Assembly: GCA_963775425.1 (NCBI GenBank)
Contig: CAVZJB010000011.1
Location: 928,001 to 992,000, forward strand
Length of the DNA stretch: 64,000 nt
Source: an uncultured delta proteobacterium
GTDB lineage: Bacteria; Myxococcota; UBA727; VGSZ01
Reading direction: 5' to 3'
The notes under the pieces: model-generated
Databases searched by the model: none
The model's input: only the letters and a program-made list of their open reading frames with translations
What the model was told of the DNA's origin: nothing
Translations under genes and position numbers: made by a program
Shown here: positions 21,977-31,478 of the stretch, piece after piece
How the letters are laid out: each line of letters starts with the position of its first letter
Numbering within the stretch: the first letter of the stretch is position 1

Positions 21977-22923
21977 AGCCACCGCCGCTCCCCGTGGTCC
22001 CTCCCGATCGCGTGATCCTCGGGGCCACGCCGGAGCCTCCCATCGGCGTGGTCGCGTGGAACATGAACACCTCCTGCAACTACCGCTGCTCGTACTGCAC
22101 GCAGCGCTTCCTTGACGACCGCACCCGCTGGGCCGCCGACGTCCCGCGCTTCCTCGACGGCTTTTCCCGCCTCATGGAGGCTCACCCCCGCTGGGAGGTG
22201 AAGCTCTCCGGCGGTGAGCCGTTCCTTCACCCGCGCTTCCTCGACGTGGTCGCCGGCCTGCGCGCGCGGGGCTTTCTCGTCGGCGTCGTCACCAACTTCT
22301 CGGCGCCGCGCGAAAAGATCGCCGCGTTCCTCGACGCCGCCGGCGACGGGCTCACGGTGCTCTCCTGCTCGCTGCACCTCGAGATCGTTCGAGGCGGCGC
22401 GCCCGGCGATGACGGCGCGACCCCCGATGACGGCGTCGGACACTTCATCGACAAATGCCGGTTTGCGCAGGCGCGCCTTCGGTCCGGCTCGCTCGTGGTC
22501 ACGACGGTGGCCACGCGGGCCGTCTTGCCGGAGCTCGCGGCGCTGCGCGAGCGCTTCGCGGCGGCCGGGGTGGCGCTCAAGGTGCAGCCGGAGAAGCAGG
22601 ACCGGGTGGTCATCGCGTACGACGACGGCGAGCTGCAGGAGCTCGTGCGGCTCGGCGGCCACAACGGCACCGGCGTCGTCGCCCACGACTTCCTCGGCCA
22701 GCCGTGCTGGTCGGGCGCCCGATCGCTGATCGTCGACGATCGCGGCGAGGTGTGGCGCTGCTACCCCGCCCGCCGCCACCGGGCCGAGCGCCTGGGCAAC
22801 CTGCTCGACGGCACCCTGCGCCTGTCGACGGGGCCCACGCCCTGCCGCTATGCCTATTGCAACTGCACGGTGCCCATCGCGCGCGGCATGATGCCCACGA
22901 CGGCACACGAGGGAGCCCGATGA
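21973..22923 (+). CDS. Radical SAM protein, paralog of the preceding gene
   Basis: CNYRCSYC; SGGEPF; CWSG...WRC...CRYAYCNC; GTGA overlap. Confidence 0.92.
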   Translation: MKPPPLPVVPPDRVILGATPEPPIGVVAWNMNTSCNYRCSYCTQRFLDDRTRWAADVPRFLDGFSRLMEAHPRWEVKLSGGEPFLHPRFLDVVAGLRARGFLVGVVTNFSAPREKIAAFLDAAGDGLTVLSCSLHLEIVRGGAPGDDGATPDDGVGHFIDKCRFAQARLRSGSLVVTTVATRAVLPELAALRERFAAAGVALKVQPEKQDRVVIAYDDGELQELVRLGGHNGTGVVAHDFLGQPCWSGARSLIVDDRGEVWRCYPARRHRAERLGNLLDGTLRLSTGPTPCRYAYCNCTVPIARGMMPTTAHEGAR

Positions 22924-23423
22924 AGTACACCACCTTTCGCACGCTCGCCGTCGGCGCCGTCGTCCTCGTCGCAGGCGGCGGCGTCGCCGGGTACCTGCTG
23001 TTGCGGCCGGCGCCGCCGCCGGAGGACCCGGTCCCGCTGCACGTGACCTCCGCGCCGGTGGCGCCCGCGCCTGGGCCGGCGGCACCCGCGCCGGCGACAG
23101 CCACGCCGGCGGCGGCCGCGCCCACGCCGACGACGCCCGGCGTGCGCGACGTCGACAACGCCATCCTCTCCCTCGTCAGCTCGCGGCCGGTGCAGGCGAA
23201 GATCAAAGACGCCACCAAGGGTCAGCCGTTCAAGGTGAACCTCTACAGCGACGACGGCGCCCACTGGACGCGCGCCAAGGTCGACCTCGATCGCGACGGC
23301 AACGACGACGAGAAGTGGACGTTCAAGGACGGCGCCTGGGAGCGCAAGGTGTCCAGCGCCGACGACGGCAGCAATTACGACGCGCGCTTCCTGCTCGGCC
23401 CGCGCGGATGGTCGAAGAAGTGA
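22920..23423 (+). CDS. Membrane-anchored protein with Pro-rich linker and DxDxDG motif
   Basis: N-terminal TM helix; KVDLDRDGNDDEKWTF; ATGA overlap. Confidence 0.8.
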   Translation: MKYTTFRTLAVGAVVLVAGGGVAGYLLLRPAPPPEDPVPLHVTSAPVAPAPGPAAPAPATATPAAAAPTPTTPGVRDVDNAILSLVSSRPVQAKIKDATKGQPFKVNLYSDDGAHWTRAKVDLDRDGNDDEKWTFKDGAWERKVSSADDGSNYDARFLLGPRGWSKK

Positions 23424-24349
23424 CGGCGCCGTTCCAGAGCCTCGAGGACGTCGAGCAGCGCCTGCGCGCCGTCGGGTATCTCCCCGACAAGCGGATCACC
23501 ACGTCGGCGCTGCTCGCGGTGAAGCTCGAAAAGCCGCTGCTCGTCGAGGGCCCCGCGGGCGTCGGCAAGACGGACCTGGCGCGCGCCATGGCGGAGGCGC
23601 AGCAGATGAAGCTCGTGCGCCTGCAGTGCTACGAGGGCATCGACGAGAGTCGCGCGCTCTACGAGTGGGAGTACGCCAAGCAGCTCCTGTACACGCAGCT
23701 CCTGCGCGACCACCTGCAGGAGCTGGTCGGCAAGAAGGCCAGGCTCGACGACGCCGTCGACGCGCTCACCAGGACCGACAGCATCTTCTTCTCGGAGCAC
23801 TTCCTCCTCGAGCGCCCGCTGCTGCACGCCATTCGCGCCGAGGAGCCTTGTGTGCTGCTCATCGACGAGATCGACAAGGCGGACCCGGAGCTCGAGGCGC
23901 TGCTCCTCGAGGTGCTCGCAGACTTCGCCGTCACCATCCCCGAGATCGGCACCCTGCGCGCGGTCACGCGCCCGCAGGTGCTCCTCACGTCCAACTCCAC
24001 GCGGGAGCTCTCGGACGCGCTGCGCCGCCGCTGCCTGCACCTCACCCTCGGCTACCCCGACCGCGAGCGCGAGCTGGCCATCGTGCGCGCGCGCGTGCCC
24101 GGCGTCGACGAGGCGCTGGCGCGCGCGGTGGTCGGCGCGGTGCAGAAGATCCGCACCTTGGATCTGCGCCGGGCGCCGTCCATCAGCGAGGTCATCGACT
24201 GGACCCGTGCCCTCGGCCTCCTCGGCCGCGGCGTCCTCGACGAGGGCACGCTCGCGGACACCATCGGCGTGATCATGAAGCACAAGGACGACGCGGCGCT
24301 CGTGCTCTCCAAGAAGGGCGACGTCGTCGTGGCGTCGCGCGAGCCCTAG
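23420..24349 (+). CDS. MoxR-family AAA+ ATPase (CoxD-like)
   Basis: GPAGVGKT; RLQCYEGIDESRALYEW; LLIDEIDK; ELSDALRRRC; start at GTG 23420 (alternative ATG 23408). Confidence 0.93.
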   Translation: MTAPFQSLEDVEQRLRAVGYLPDKRITTSALLAVKLEKPLLVEGPAGVGKTDLARAMAEAQQMKLVRLQCYEGIDESRALYEWEYAKQLLYTQLLRDHLQELVGKKARLDDAVDALTRTDSIFFSEHFLLERPLLHAIRAEEPCVLLIDEIDKADPELEALLLEVLADFAVTIPEIGTLRAVTRPQVLLTSNSTRELSDALRRRCLHLTLGYPDRERELAIVRARVPGVDEALARAVVGAVQKIRTLDLRRAPSISEVIDWTRALGLLGRGVLDEGTLADTIGVIMKHKDDAALVLSKKGDVVVASREP

Positions 24350-24422
24350 GGTCCGAGCTGCGGGACCGGGTCATAGGGTGTCGCCGCCGGAAGAGCCGCG
24401 CGTTCGCCTCGTGCCGTGAGCG

Positions 24423-24965
24423 CTACTTGAGCACGAAGAGAACCACGAGGCCGACCACGACCAGCGCGGCGACCACGCCGATGCCCACCATCACCATGGT
24501 GTTGCCGCCGCTGCGCGCGGGCGAGGCGGCGGCCGCGGCGGCGGCCTTGGCCTGCTGCTCCTCGGGCTCGACGACCTTGATGACGAAGCCCTCGGTCTCG
24601 AGCATGGCGATGAGCTCGCCGAGGAACTTGTCGTATTCGCTCTGGTAGAGGTCGAGCGCGCTCTGGAAGCGCTGGCGGTGGAGCATGTTGAGGGAGGCGT
24701 AGGAGCGCAGCTCGCACGAGCGCAAGCCGAGGTCGAGGAAGCCGCAGGTGATGGAGCCGGCGACGTCGCCGTTTTCGGCGCGCAGCACGATGGACTCGCG
24801 GGCCTGCTTGCCCCCACCCGTGGACTCCATCTTCGGCGCTTCGACGTTCACCACGCGCGTCACCGCCCCCGAAAAACGGGTGCCGGAGAACCGCTGGGTG
24901 ATGAGGTCACTCGCGGCCAGGGCCGCCTGCGCGAATGCTGTGAGCGCCTTCTTTTCGTACGTCAT
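24423..24965 (-). CDS. Hypothetical protein with C-terminal TM anchor
   Basis: MTYEKK...[15 protein letters not shown]...; hydrophobic C-terminal tail. Confidence 0.7.
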   Translation of the reverse strand: MTYEKKALTAFAQAALAASDLITQRFSGTRFSGAVTRVVNVEAPKMESTGGGKQARESIVLRAENGDVAGSITCGFLDLGLRSCELRSYASLNMLHRQRFQSALDLYQSEYDKFLGELIAMLETEGFVIKVVEPEEQQAKAAAAAAASPARSGGNTMVMVGIGVVAALVVVGLVVLFVLK

Positions 24966-25109
24966 GGTGGCGACGCTACCACACGCCCCGGGGACCGGCC
25001 GTTCCCCGGGGAACGACGGCGCGTGCCGCCGCCCTTCCTCACCCTTGGCATGCAGACCGCCAACGGCTACACCACGCATCGAAATCATTCTTCCGACGAG
25101 GAGACAACC

Positions 25110-27383
25110 ATGATCGACGGCGTCGAGCTCATCCAGAAGGCGTACGCGCGCATGCAGCAGAAGCACGAGGAGGGCCGCAAGCACTTCGGCCGTCCGCTCA
25201 CGCTGACCGAGAAGATCCTCGTCGCGCACATGGACAAGGTCGCCGACGAAGACGGCAAGAAGCTCGAGCGCAAGAAGAGCTACGCCAACCTCTTCCCCGA
25301 CCGCGTCGCGCTCCAGGACGCCACCGCGCAGATGGCGCTCCTGCAATTCATGCACGCGGGCAAGAAGGAGGTGGCCGTCCCCTCCACCGTGCACTGCGAT
25401 CACCTCATCCAGGCGCACGTGGGCGCCAAGAACGACCTGCTGCGCGCCGTCGACGAAAACAGCGAGGTCTATGACTTCCTGCAGTCGGTCTCGCAGAAGT
25501 ACGGCCTCGGCTTCTGGAAGCCGGGCGCCGGCATCATCCACCAGGTCGTGCTCGAGAACTACGCGTTCCCGGGCGGCATGATGATCGGCACGGACTCGCA
25601 TACGCCCAACGCCGGTGGCCTCGGCATGATCGCCATCGGCATCGGCGGCGCCGACGCCGTCGACGTGATGGCCGGCTTCCCGTTCAACCTGCGCTGGCCC
25701 GGCGTCATCGGCGTTCACCTCAAGGGCTCGCTCAAGGGTTGGACGGCGCCCAAGGACGTCATCCTCAAGCTCATGGGGATCCTCACGGTGAAGGGCGGCA
25801 CCAACCACATCGTCGAGTTCTTCGGCGAGGGCTGCGCCTCCATCTCCGCCACCGGCAAGGGAACCATCACCAACATGGGTGCGGAGCACGGCGCCACCAC
25901 GTCGGTGTTCCCGTTCGACGACGCCATGGCCCGCTACCTCACCGCCACCAACCGCGCCGCCTGGGCCAAGCTCGCCGAGGCCAACGCGGGGGCGCTGCGG
26001 GCGGATCCCGAGGTCGCGGCCGAGCCGAGCAAGTTCTACGACCGCGTCATCGAGATCGACCTCGACACCCTCGAGCCGCACCTCGTCGGGCCGCACACGC
26101 CGGACCTCGCGCGCCCCGTGAGCGCCATGAAGGACGCGGTGCACAAGGAGAGCTACCCGGACAACCTCACGTCGGCGCTCATCGGCTCGTGCACCAACTC
26201 GTCGTACGAGGACGTGTCGCGCGCGGCGTCGCTGGCGGCGGCGGCGGAGAAGGCGGGATTGAAGGCGAAGGTGCCGTTCTTCATCTCGCCCGGCAGCGAG
26301 ACCATCCACCTCACCATCCAGCGCGACGGCCAGATGGCCACGTTCGCGTCGGCCGGCGGCACCGTGCTCGCCAACGCGTGCGGCCCCTGCATCGGGCAGT
26401 GGAAGCGCGACGACATCAAGGAGGGGGAGAGGAACACCATCGTCACCTCCTTCAACCGCAACTTCCGTGGCAGGAACGACGCCAACCGCGAGACCCTCGC
26501 GTTCATCGGCTCGCCCGAGATCGTCACGGCGCTCGCGTTCGCGGGCACGCTGTCGTTCAACCCCTTGAAGGACTCGATCAAGACGCCGGACGGCAAGGAG
26601 TTCACCTTCCCCGCGCCCACGGGCGTGGAGCTGCCCGAGAAGGGCTTCCTCGTCGATCAGAAGGGGTTTCTTCCGCCCGCCGCCGAGGGGGAGAAGGTCG
26701 ACGTGAAGGTCAATCCCAAGTCCAAGCGCCTCGCGTTGCTCGAGCCGTTTTCGCGGTGGAGCGGCAAGGACATCGGCGGCGCGTTCGTGCTGTTGAAGGC
26801 CAAGGGCAAGTGCACCACGGACCACATCTCGGCGGCGGGGAAGTGGCTCTCGTTCCGCGGTCACCTCGACAACATCTCCAACAACCTCTACATCGGCGCC
26901 ACCAACGCCTTCTCCGACGCCGTCGGCACCGTGAAGGACCAGCTCGACGGCGCGGTGAAGGACGTCCCCGCGGTGGCGCGGCACTACAAGGCCGAGGGCA
27001 AGCCCTGGGTGGTGTTCGGCGACGAGAACTTCGGCGAGGGCAGCTCCCGCGAGCACGCTGCCATGGAGCCCCGTCACCTCGGCGGCGTGGCCATCATCGT
27101 GCGCAGCTTCGCGCGCATCCATGAGAGCAACCTGAAGAAGCAGGGCATGCTGCCCCTGACGTTTTCCGATCCCGCCGACTACGACAAGGTGCAGGAAGAC
27201 GACACGGTCGACATCGTCGGGCTCGGCGCGCTCGCGCCGGGCAAGCCGCTCGAGGTCGTGCTGCACCACAAGGCCGGCGGCACCGACACGTTCCAGGTGA
27301 GCCACACCATGTCGTCGGAGCAGATCGAGTGGTTCAAGGCGGGCAGCGCGCTCAACGCGGTGGCCGGCGCAGGGAAACACTGA
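25110..27383 (+). CDS. Aconitate hydratase, mitochondrial (ACO2)-like clade
   Basis: [53 protein letters not shown]; GAGGAG RBS. Confidence 0.95.
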   Translation: MIDGVELIQKAYARMQQKHEEGRKHFGRPLTLTEKILVAHMDKVADEDGKKLERKKSYANLFPDRVALQDATAQMALLQFMHAGKKEVAVPSTVHCDHLIQAHVGAKNDLLRAVDENSEVYDFLQSVSQKYGLGFWKPGAGIIHQVVLENYAFPGGMMIGTDSHTPNAGGLGMIAIGIGGADAVDVMAGFPFNLRWPGVIGVHLKGSLKGWTAPKDVILKLMGILTVKGGTNHIVEFFGEGCASISATGKGTITNMGAEHGATTSVFPFDDAMARYLTATNRAAWAKLAEANAGALRADPEVAAEPSKFYDRVIEIDLDTLEPHLVGPHTPDLARPVSAMKDAVHKESYPDNLTSALIGSCTNSSYEDVSRAASLAAAAEKAGLKAKVPFFISPGSETIHLTIQRDGQMATFASAGGTVLANACGPCIGQWKRDDIKEGERNTIVTSFNRNFRGRNDANRETLAFIGSPEIVTALAFAGTLSFNPLKDSIKTPDGKEFTFPAPTGVELPEKGFLVDQKGFLPPAAEGEKVDVKVNPKSKRLALLEPFSRWSGKDIGGAFVLLKAKGKCTTDHISAAGKWLSFRGHLDNISNNLYIGATNAFSDAVGTVKDQLDGAVKDVPAVARHYKAEGKPWVVFGDENFGEGSSREHAAMEPRHLGGVAIIVRSFARIHESNLKKQGMLPLTFSDPADYDKVQEDDTVDIVGLGALAPGKPLEVVLHHKAGGTDTFQVSHTMSSEQIEWFKAGSALNAVAGAGKH

Positions 27384-27488
27384 CGGGCGGCCGCGGCGAA
27401 TTGACGCGCGGCCGCTCCCTCCAGTCGCAATTGCCGCTCGACGTGGGGCGCTTCATGCGCTTAGCTCCGCCCCTACCCAGGGGAACCC

Positions 27489-28031
<543 letters not shown>

Positions 28032-28035
28032 TCCC

Positions 28036-28617
28036 ATGCCCACGACAGTCATGCGCGGCCGCTGCCCCCGGTCCTCGACCGCGGTCGCAGGTCGCGTCAC
28101 CGCGCTGGCGCTCGCCGCGTTCGTCGTGGCGGGGTGCGAGGGAAAGGCCGACGTCACCATCAACGCGGACAAGCCGGGCGAGGTGAAGCTCAACGGCAAG
28201 GACGCGGCGCAGGTGCACATCGAGAAGGACGGCAAGAAGCTCAGCGTCAACGGCCAACCCGCGGGCAACATCGACGTCAACGTGAACAACGGCAAGGTCA
28301 GCGTGACCACCGGCGCCGCGCCCGCGGACGCCAAGGCGCAGGCCGAGCAGATCTTCTCGCAGCGCTGCTCGGTGTGCCACGGCATGGACGGGAAGGGCGA
28401 CGGGCCGGGCGCGGCCGCGTTGAACCCCAAGCCGCGCAACTACACGGACGCGAAGTGGCAGGCCTCGGTCACCGACGACCTGATCGCCAAGACCATCGTC
28501 GAGGGCGGCGCCGCCGTGGGGAAGTCCCCGCTGATGGTTCCGAACGCGGACCTGAAGGACAAGCCCGACGTCGTGAAGGCGCTGGTGGCCAAGGTCCGTT
28601 CGTTCAAGACCCCGTAG
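28036..28617 (+). CDS. Monoheme c-type cytochrome lipoprotein, paralog
   Basis: Lipobox VAGC; CSVCH; heme domain near-identical to the upstream gene. Confidence 0.92.
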   Translation: MPTTVMRGRCPRSSTAVAGRVTALALAAFVVAGCEGKADVTINADKPGEVKLNGKDAAQVHIEKDGKKLSVNGQPAGNIDVNVNNGKVSVTTGAAPADAKAQAEQIFSQRCSVCHGMDGKGDGPGAAALNPKPRNYTDAKWQASVTDDLIAKTIVEGGAAVGKSPLMVPNADLKDKPDVVKALVAKVRSFKTP

Positions 28618-28635
28618 GCGGGCGGCCGCCCGCCT
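28616..28635. terminator. Perfect 20-bp palindrome between convergent genes; possible bidirectional terminator
   Basis: aggcgggcggccgcccgcct is its own reverse complement; no U tract. Confidence 0.5.
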
Positions 28636-28639
28636 GCGC

Positions 28640-29890
28640 TCACTCCGCGAGCCGCGCCTTCACCCACGCGACGCTGTCGTCGGTGGCGCGCTCAGCGGAG
28701 GCGAGGAAGCCGAAGGCCGTGTCGATGTGGGTGCCGTCGGGGACGAGCGTCAGCTCGACATCCACGCCGGCGGCGCTCAGGTCGTCGACGAGCGCGCGCG
28801 TGTAGCTCGCGGGCACGGTGACGTCCGCGGTGCCCTGCCAGATGTGGATGGGCGCCGTCTGCTCGAAGGGCGTGATGCGCGCGGCCTCGAAGCAATCGTG
28901 GACGAACGCGAAGCGGCTCCACTCCTGCGACGAGAACGCCTGCAGGAAGTCGGGCGTGAACACGTCGCCCGGGGTCTCGGAGATGGCGTCAGGCAACGTC
29001 GGCTCGCTCGTGAAAGATGGTGACCACATGCAGCGGGCCTGCATGAGGGCGTCCACGTCGGGCGCGAGCGCGTCGACGAAGACGCCGTCGGTGGACGCGC
29101 CTTCCTGTTGGGCGAAGGACCACACAGCGAGCGCAAAGTTGGGGATGTGCGCGCCGGCGAGGGTGATGCCCGGCGCCCACTGCTCCTCGTAGGCGCTCGC
29201 GGGCGCGCAGGCCGCGAACGCGCGGATGTCGAGCTCGGGCGCGTAGGTCGCGTGCAGCGCGGCAGCGGCGAGGCTCGCGTGGCCGCCTTGGGAGAGGCCG
29301 ACGACGGCCGCGCGGCCGTTGACCGGGACGGCCTCGTGGCGCGCGACGTTCATCGCGGCGCGGACGGCGTCGAGCACGGCGGCGCCCTCGCTGCGCTTGT
29401 CGAGGTAGCGCTGCAGGCCCGGCGTGCCGAGGCCGGGGTAGTCGGGCGCGATGCCAACGGCCCCGCGCGCGCCGAAGAGGCCGGCGAGGCCGGCGCCGCT
29501 GATGGTGTTGGAGACGCGGCACGGGTCGTCGAGCCCGACGGTGCCGTGGGCGTTGACGACGACGGGGAAGCCGTCCACGGGCGCGTCGCCGGCGAGGTCC
29601 GCGGGGAGCGTGAGCGTGGCCGTGCTCGACGCGCCGTCGGTGGCGTACTCGATGGTGAGCACGCGGTAGCCGTTTTCGATCTCGACGCCGGGCGCGAGGA
29701 GGGGCTCGAGATCCGCGCGGCTGAAGGTGCCGATGTCGGCGACGATGGCCCGGATGCAGCCGTTTTCGGTGCAAGCCGAATCGATGACGACGGGCGCGTC
29801 GGCGGGAGGCGCCGGCGGCGGCGTGCGCACGGGAGCGACGGGCGCGCACGAGACGGCGGCGAAAAAGAGGAGCGGCAGGAGGAAACGCAC
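28640..29890 (-). CDS. Secretory-lipase-type alpha/beta hydrolase lipoprotein
   Basis: Lipobox AVSC; AHGTVG; APDYPGLG; GLSQGG nucleophile elbow; QGTADVTV; GTH. Confidence 0.88.
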   Translation of the reverse strand: MRFLLPLLFFAAVSCAPVAPVRTPPPAPPADAPVVIDSACTENGCIRAIVADIGTFSRADLEPLLAPGVEIENGYRVLTIEYATDGASSTATLTLPADLAGDAPVDGFPVVVNAHGTVGLDDPCRVSNTISGAGLAGLFGARGAVGIAPDYPGLGTPGLQRYLDKRSEGAAVLDAVRAAMNVARHEAVPVNGRAAVVGLSQGGHASLAAAALHATYAPELDIRAFAACAPASAYEEQWAPGITLAGAHIPNFALAVWSFAQQEGASTDGVFVDALAPDVDALMQARCMWSPSFTSEPTLPDAISETPGDVFTPDFLQAFSSQEWSRFAFVHDCFEAARITPFEQTAPIHIWQGTADVTVPASYTRALVDDLSAAGVDVELTLVPDGTHIDTAFGFLASAERATDDSVAWVKARLAE

Positions 29891-29965
29891 GCCGCGAGGG
29901 TGGCACACGGTTTCGCCCGCACAACCGAGTCCCTCCCCTCGTCGGGAGCGTGTAGCCTCCGGGCG

Positions 29966-30745
29966 ATGCTGCGGTTCGCGCTGCCTCCTTCACTCGGCAC
30001 GGAGCGGCTCGTCGACGAGACGCGCGCCTTGCGCGACGCGCTCACGGATCTCCTGGCCGAGGCCGTCGACGTCACCGTGAGCCAGAGCTACGAGGCGCTC
30101 ACGCGCAACCTCCTCTCCGGCGCCGTCGACGTCGCGCACGCGCCGCCGTTCGTGTGCGCGCAGGTGGAGCCCCAGGGCGTGGTCATCGTCGCGCGCGCCG
30201 TCCGCCACGGCCGCGCCACCTACGGCTCCGCGCTGCTCAAGCGCAGAGGCGCCGACACGTCGCTGGCGCGGGCCAGGGGCATCCGCGCCGCCTGGGTCGA
30301 TCCCCAGTCCGTCGCCGGCTACCTCCTCCCCGTCGCGCACCTCGCGAGCACCCGGCGCCTCGATCCCGCGCGCCACTTCGCCGCGCAGACGTTCTTCGGC
30401 AGCTACCCCGCCGCGGTCGCCGCGGTCCTCGAGGCGCGCGCCAATCTGTGCGCGGTTCACGCGCAGCGCGGGCGCCCCGAGACCGTCCTTGAGTCCGTCG
30501 AGCACCACGCGCCGGGTCGTGGCGGCGAGCTCGAGATCATCGAGATGACCGACGAGATCCCCGGCGACGGCGTCGCCGTCTGCCAGGGCGCCGACGCCGC
30601 GGCGCTCAAGGCCGCGTTCCTCCACCTGCACAAGGAGCCGCAGGGGAGAAAGCTGCTCGACAACGTGTTCGTCGCCGAGCGCTTCGAGGCCGCGCCGCCG
30701 ATGGCCTACCGCGCGCTGTACGCCGTGGCCCCGCGCGATCCCTGA
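29966..30745 (+). CDS. PhnD/SsuA-like substrate-binding-fold protein without signal peptide
   Basis: AWVDPQSVAGYLLP, FFGSY, TDEIPGDG; no transporter genes adjacent. Confidence 0.8.
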   Translation: MLRFALPPSLGTERLVDETRALRDALTDLLAEAVDVTVSQSYEALTRNLLSGAVDVAHAPPFVCAQVEPQGVVIVARAVRHGRATYGSALLKRRGADTSLARARGIRAAWVDPQSVAGYLLPVAHLASTRRLDPARHFAAQTFFGSYPAAVAAVLEARANLCAVHAQRGRPETVLESVEHHAPGRGGELEIIEMTDEIPGDGVAVCQGADAAALKAAFLHLHKEPQGRKLLDNVFVAERFEAAPPMAYRALYAVAPRDP

Positions 30746-30753
30746 TCGCTCGG

Positions 30754-30839
30754 CGGAGCGGAAGGAGCTCCGAGCTCGGCGACGAAGACGCGCGCCGAGT
30801 TGAGCCGGGGCGCCGAGCTCTCCGCTCCTTTCCGCTCCG
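30754..30839. repeat. Long imperfect inverted repeat (REP-like hairpin)
   Basis: cggagcggaaggagc pairs with gctcctttccgctccg; gagctcggcg pairs with cgccgagctc. Confidence 0.75.
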
Positions 30840-30906
30840 GCGGTGGCGACGTTGCATAGCCTTCGCTGATTCCGAGCGCCCAAGCACTTCGCAACTCACC
30901 GGGCGA

Positions 30907-31266
30907 CAGGTTGAGCTGAAGACCCAGGCCGTGGACGACCTCATCGGCCCCGAGCACCCGGCTCGCCTGATCGACCGCGTGATCGGCGGGCTCGAGCTCG
31001 ACGGGCTCACAGCCAGCGCCAAGGCCGCGCAGTTTGGCGGTGGGCGCCCGATTACGAGCCCGGGGATGCTCCTGACGCTGTGGCTGTACGCGATAGGCCA
31101 AGGGCTCGGGAGCGCCCGCGAGATCGCGCGGCTGACGACGAACGACGACGCCTTCCGTTTTATCGTCGGCGATCTGCGCCCGAGTCACGACGTCATCGCC
31201 AGGCTCCGCGTCGATCACGGCGCCGCGTTCGACAAGCTCCTCACCCCCGCGAAGCTCACCGCCTGA
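30907..31266 (+). mobile_element. IS1182-family transposase remnant (N-terminal DUF772 part only)
   Basis: QVELKTQAVDDLIGPEHPARLI...GGRP...PGMLLTLWLYA...SAREIARL...FRFIVGDLRPSH; truncated before the DDE domain. Confidence 0.8.
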
Positions 31267-31478
31267 AGTCCGCGCCGACGTCGCATCGAGGCACGTCGGC
31301 GCGCACACGACCCACACGAAGCCGCTAGCGGGATCACAACACCGCTCGGACCCGCCGTTTCCTCACAACCTGCAGCGGTTCTTGCGCGCCGACGTGCCTC
31401 GCCACGTACGCCGCGCGGCGAGCCACCTTGTGGGCGGCTTCGCCGAGTGCTGCTACGAGCCTATTTTTCGCCAGCCCT

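Noticed and set aside
20993-22923. Viperin or MoaA assignment for the paired rSAMs
   Set aside because: They have extra C-terminal Cys clusters unlike viperin, and lack the MoaA C-terminal GG and Moco gene context; only generic motifs are shared
27387-27416. GC hairpin after the aconitase gene
   Set aside because: No U tract, and such hairpins arise easily at this GC content
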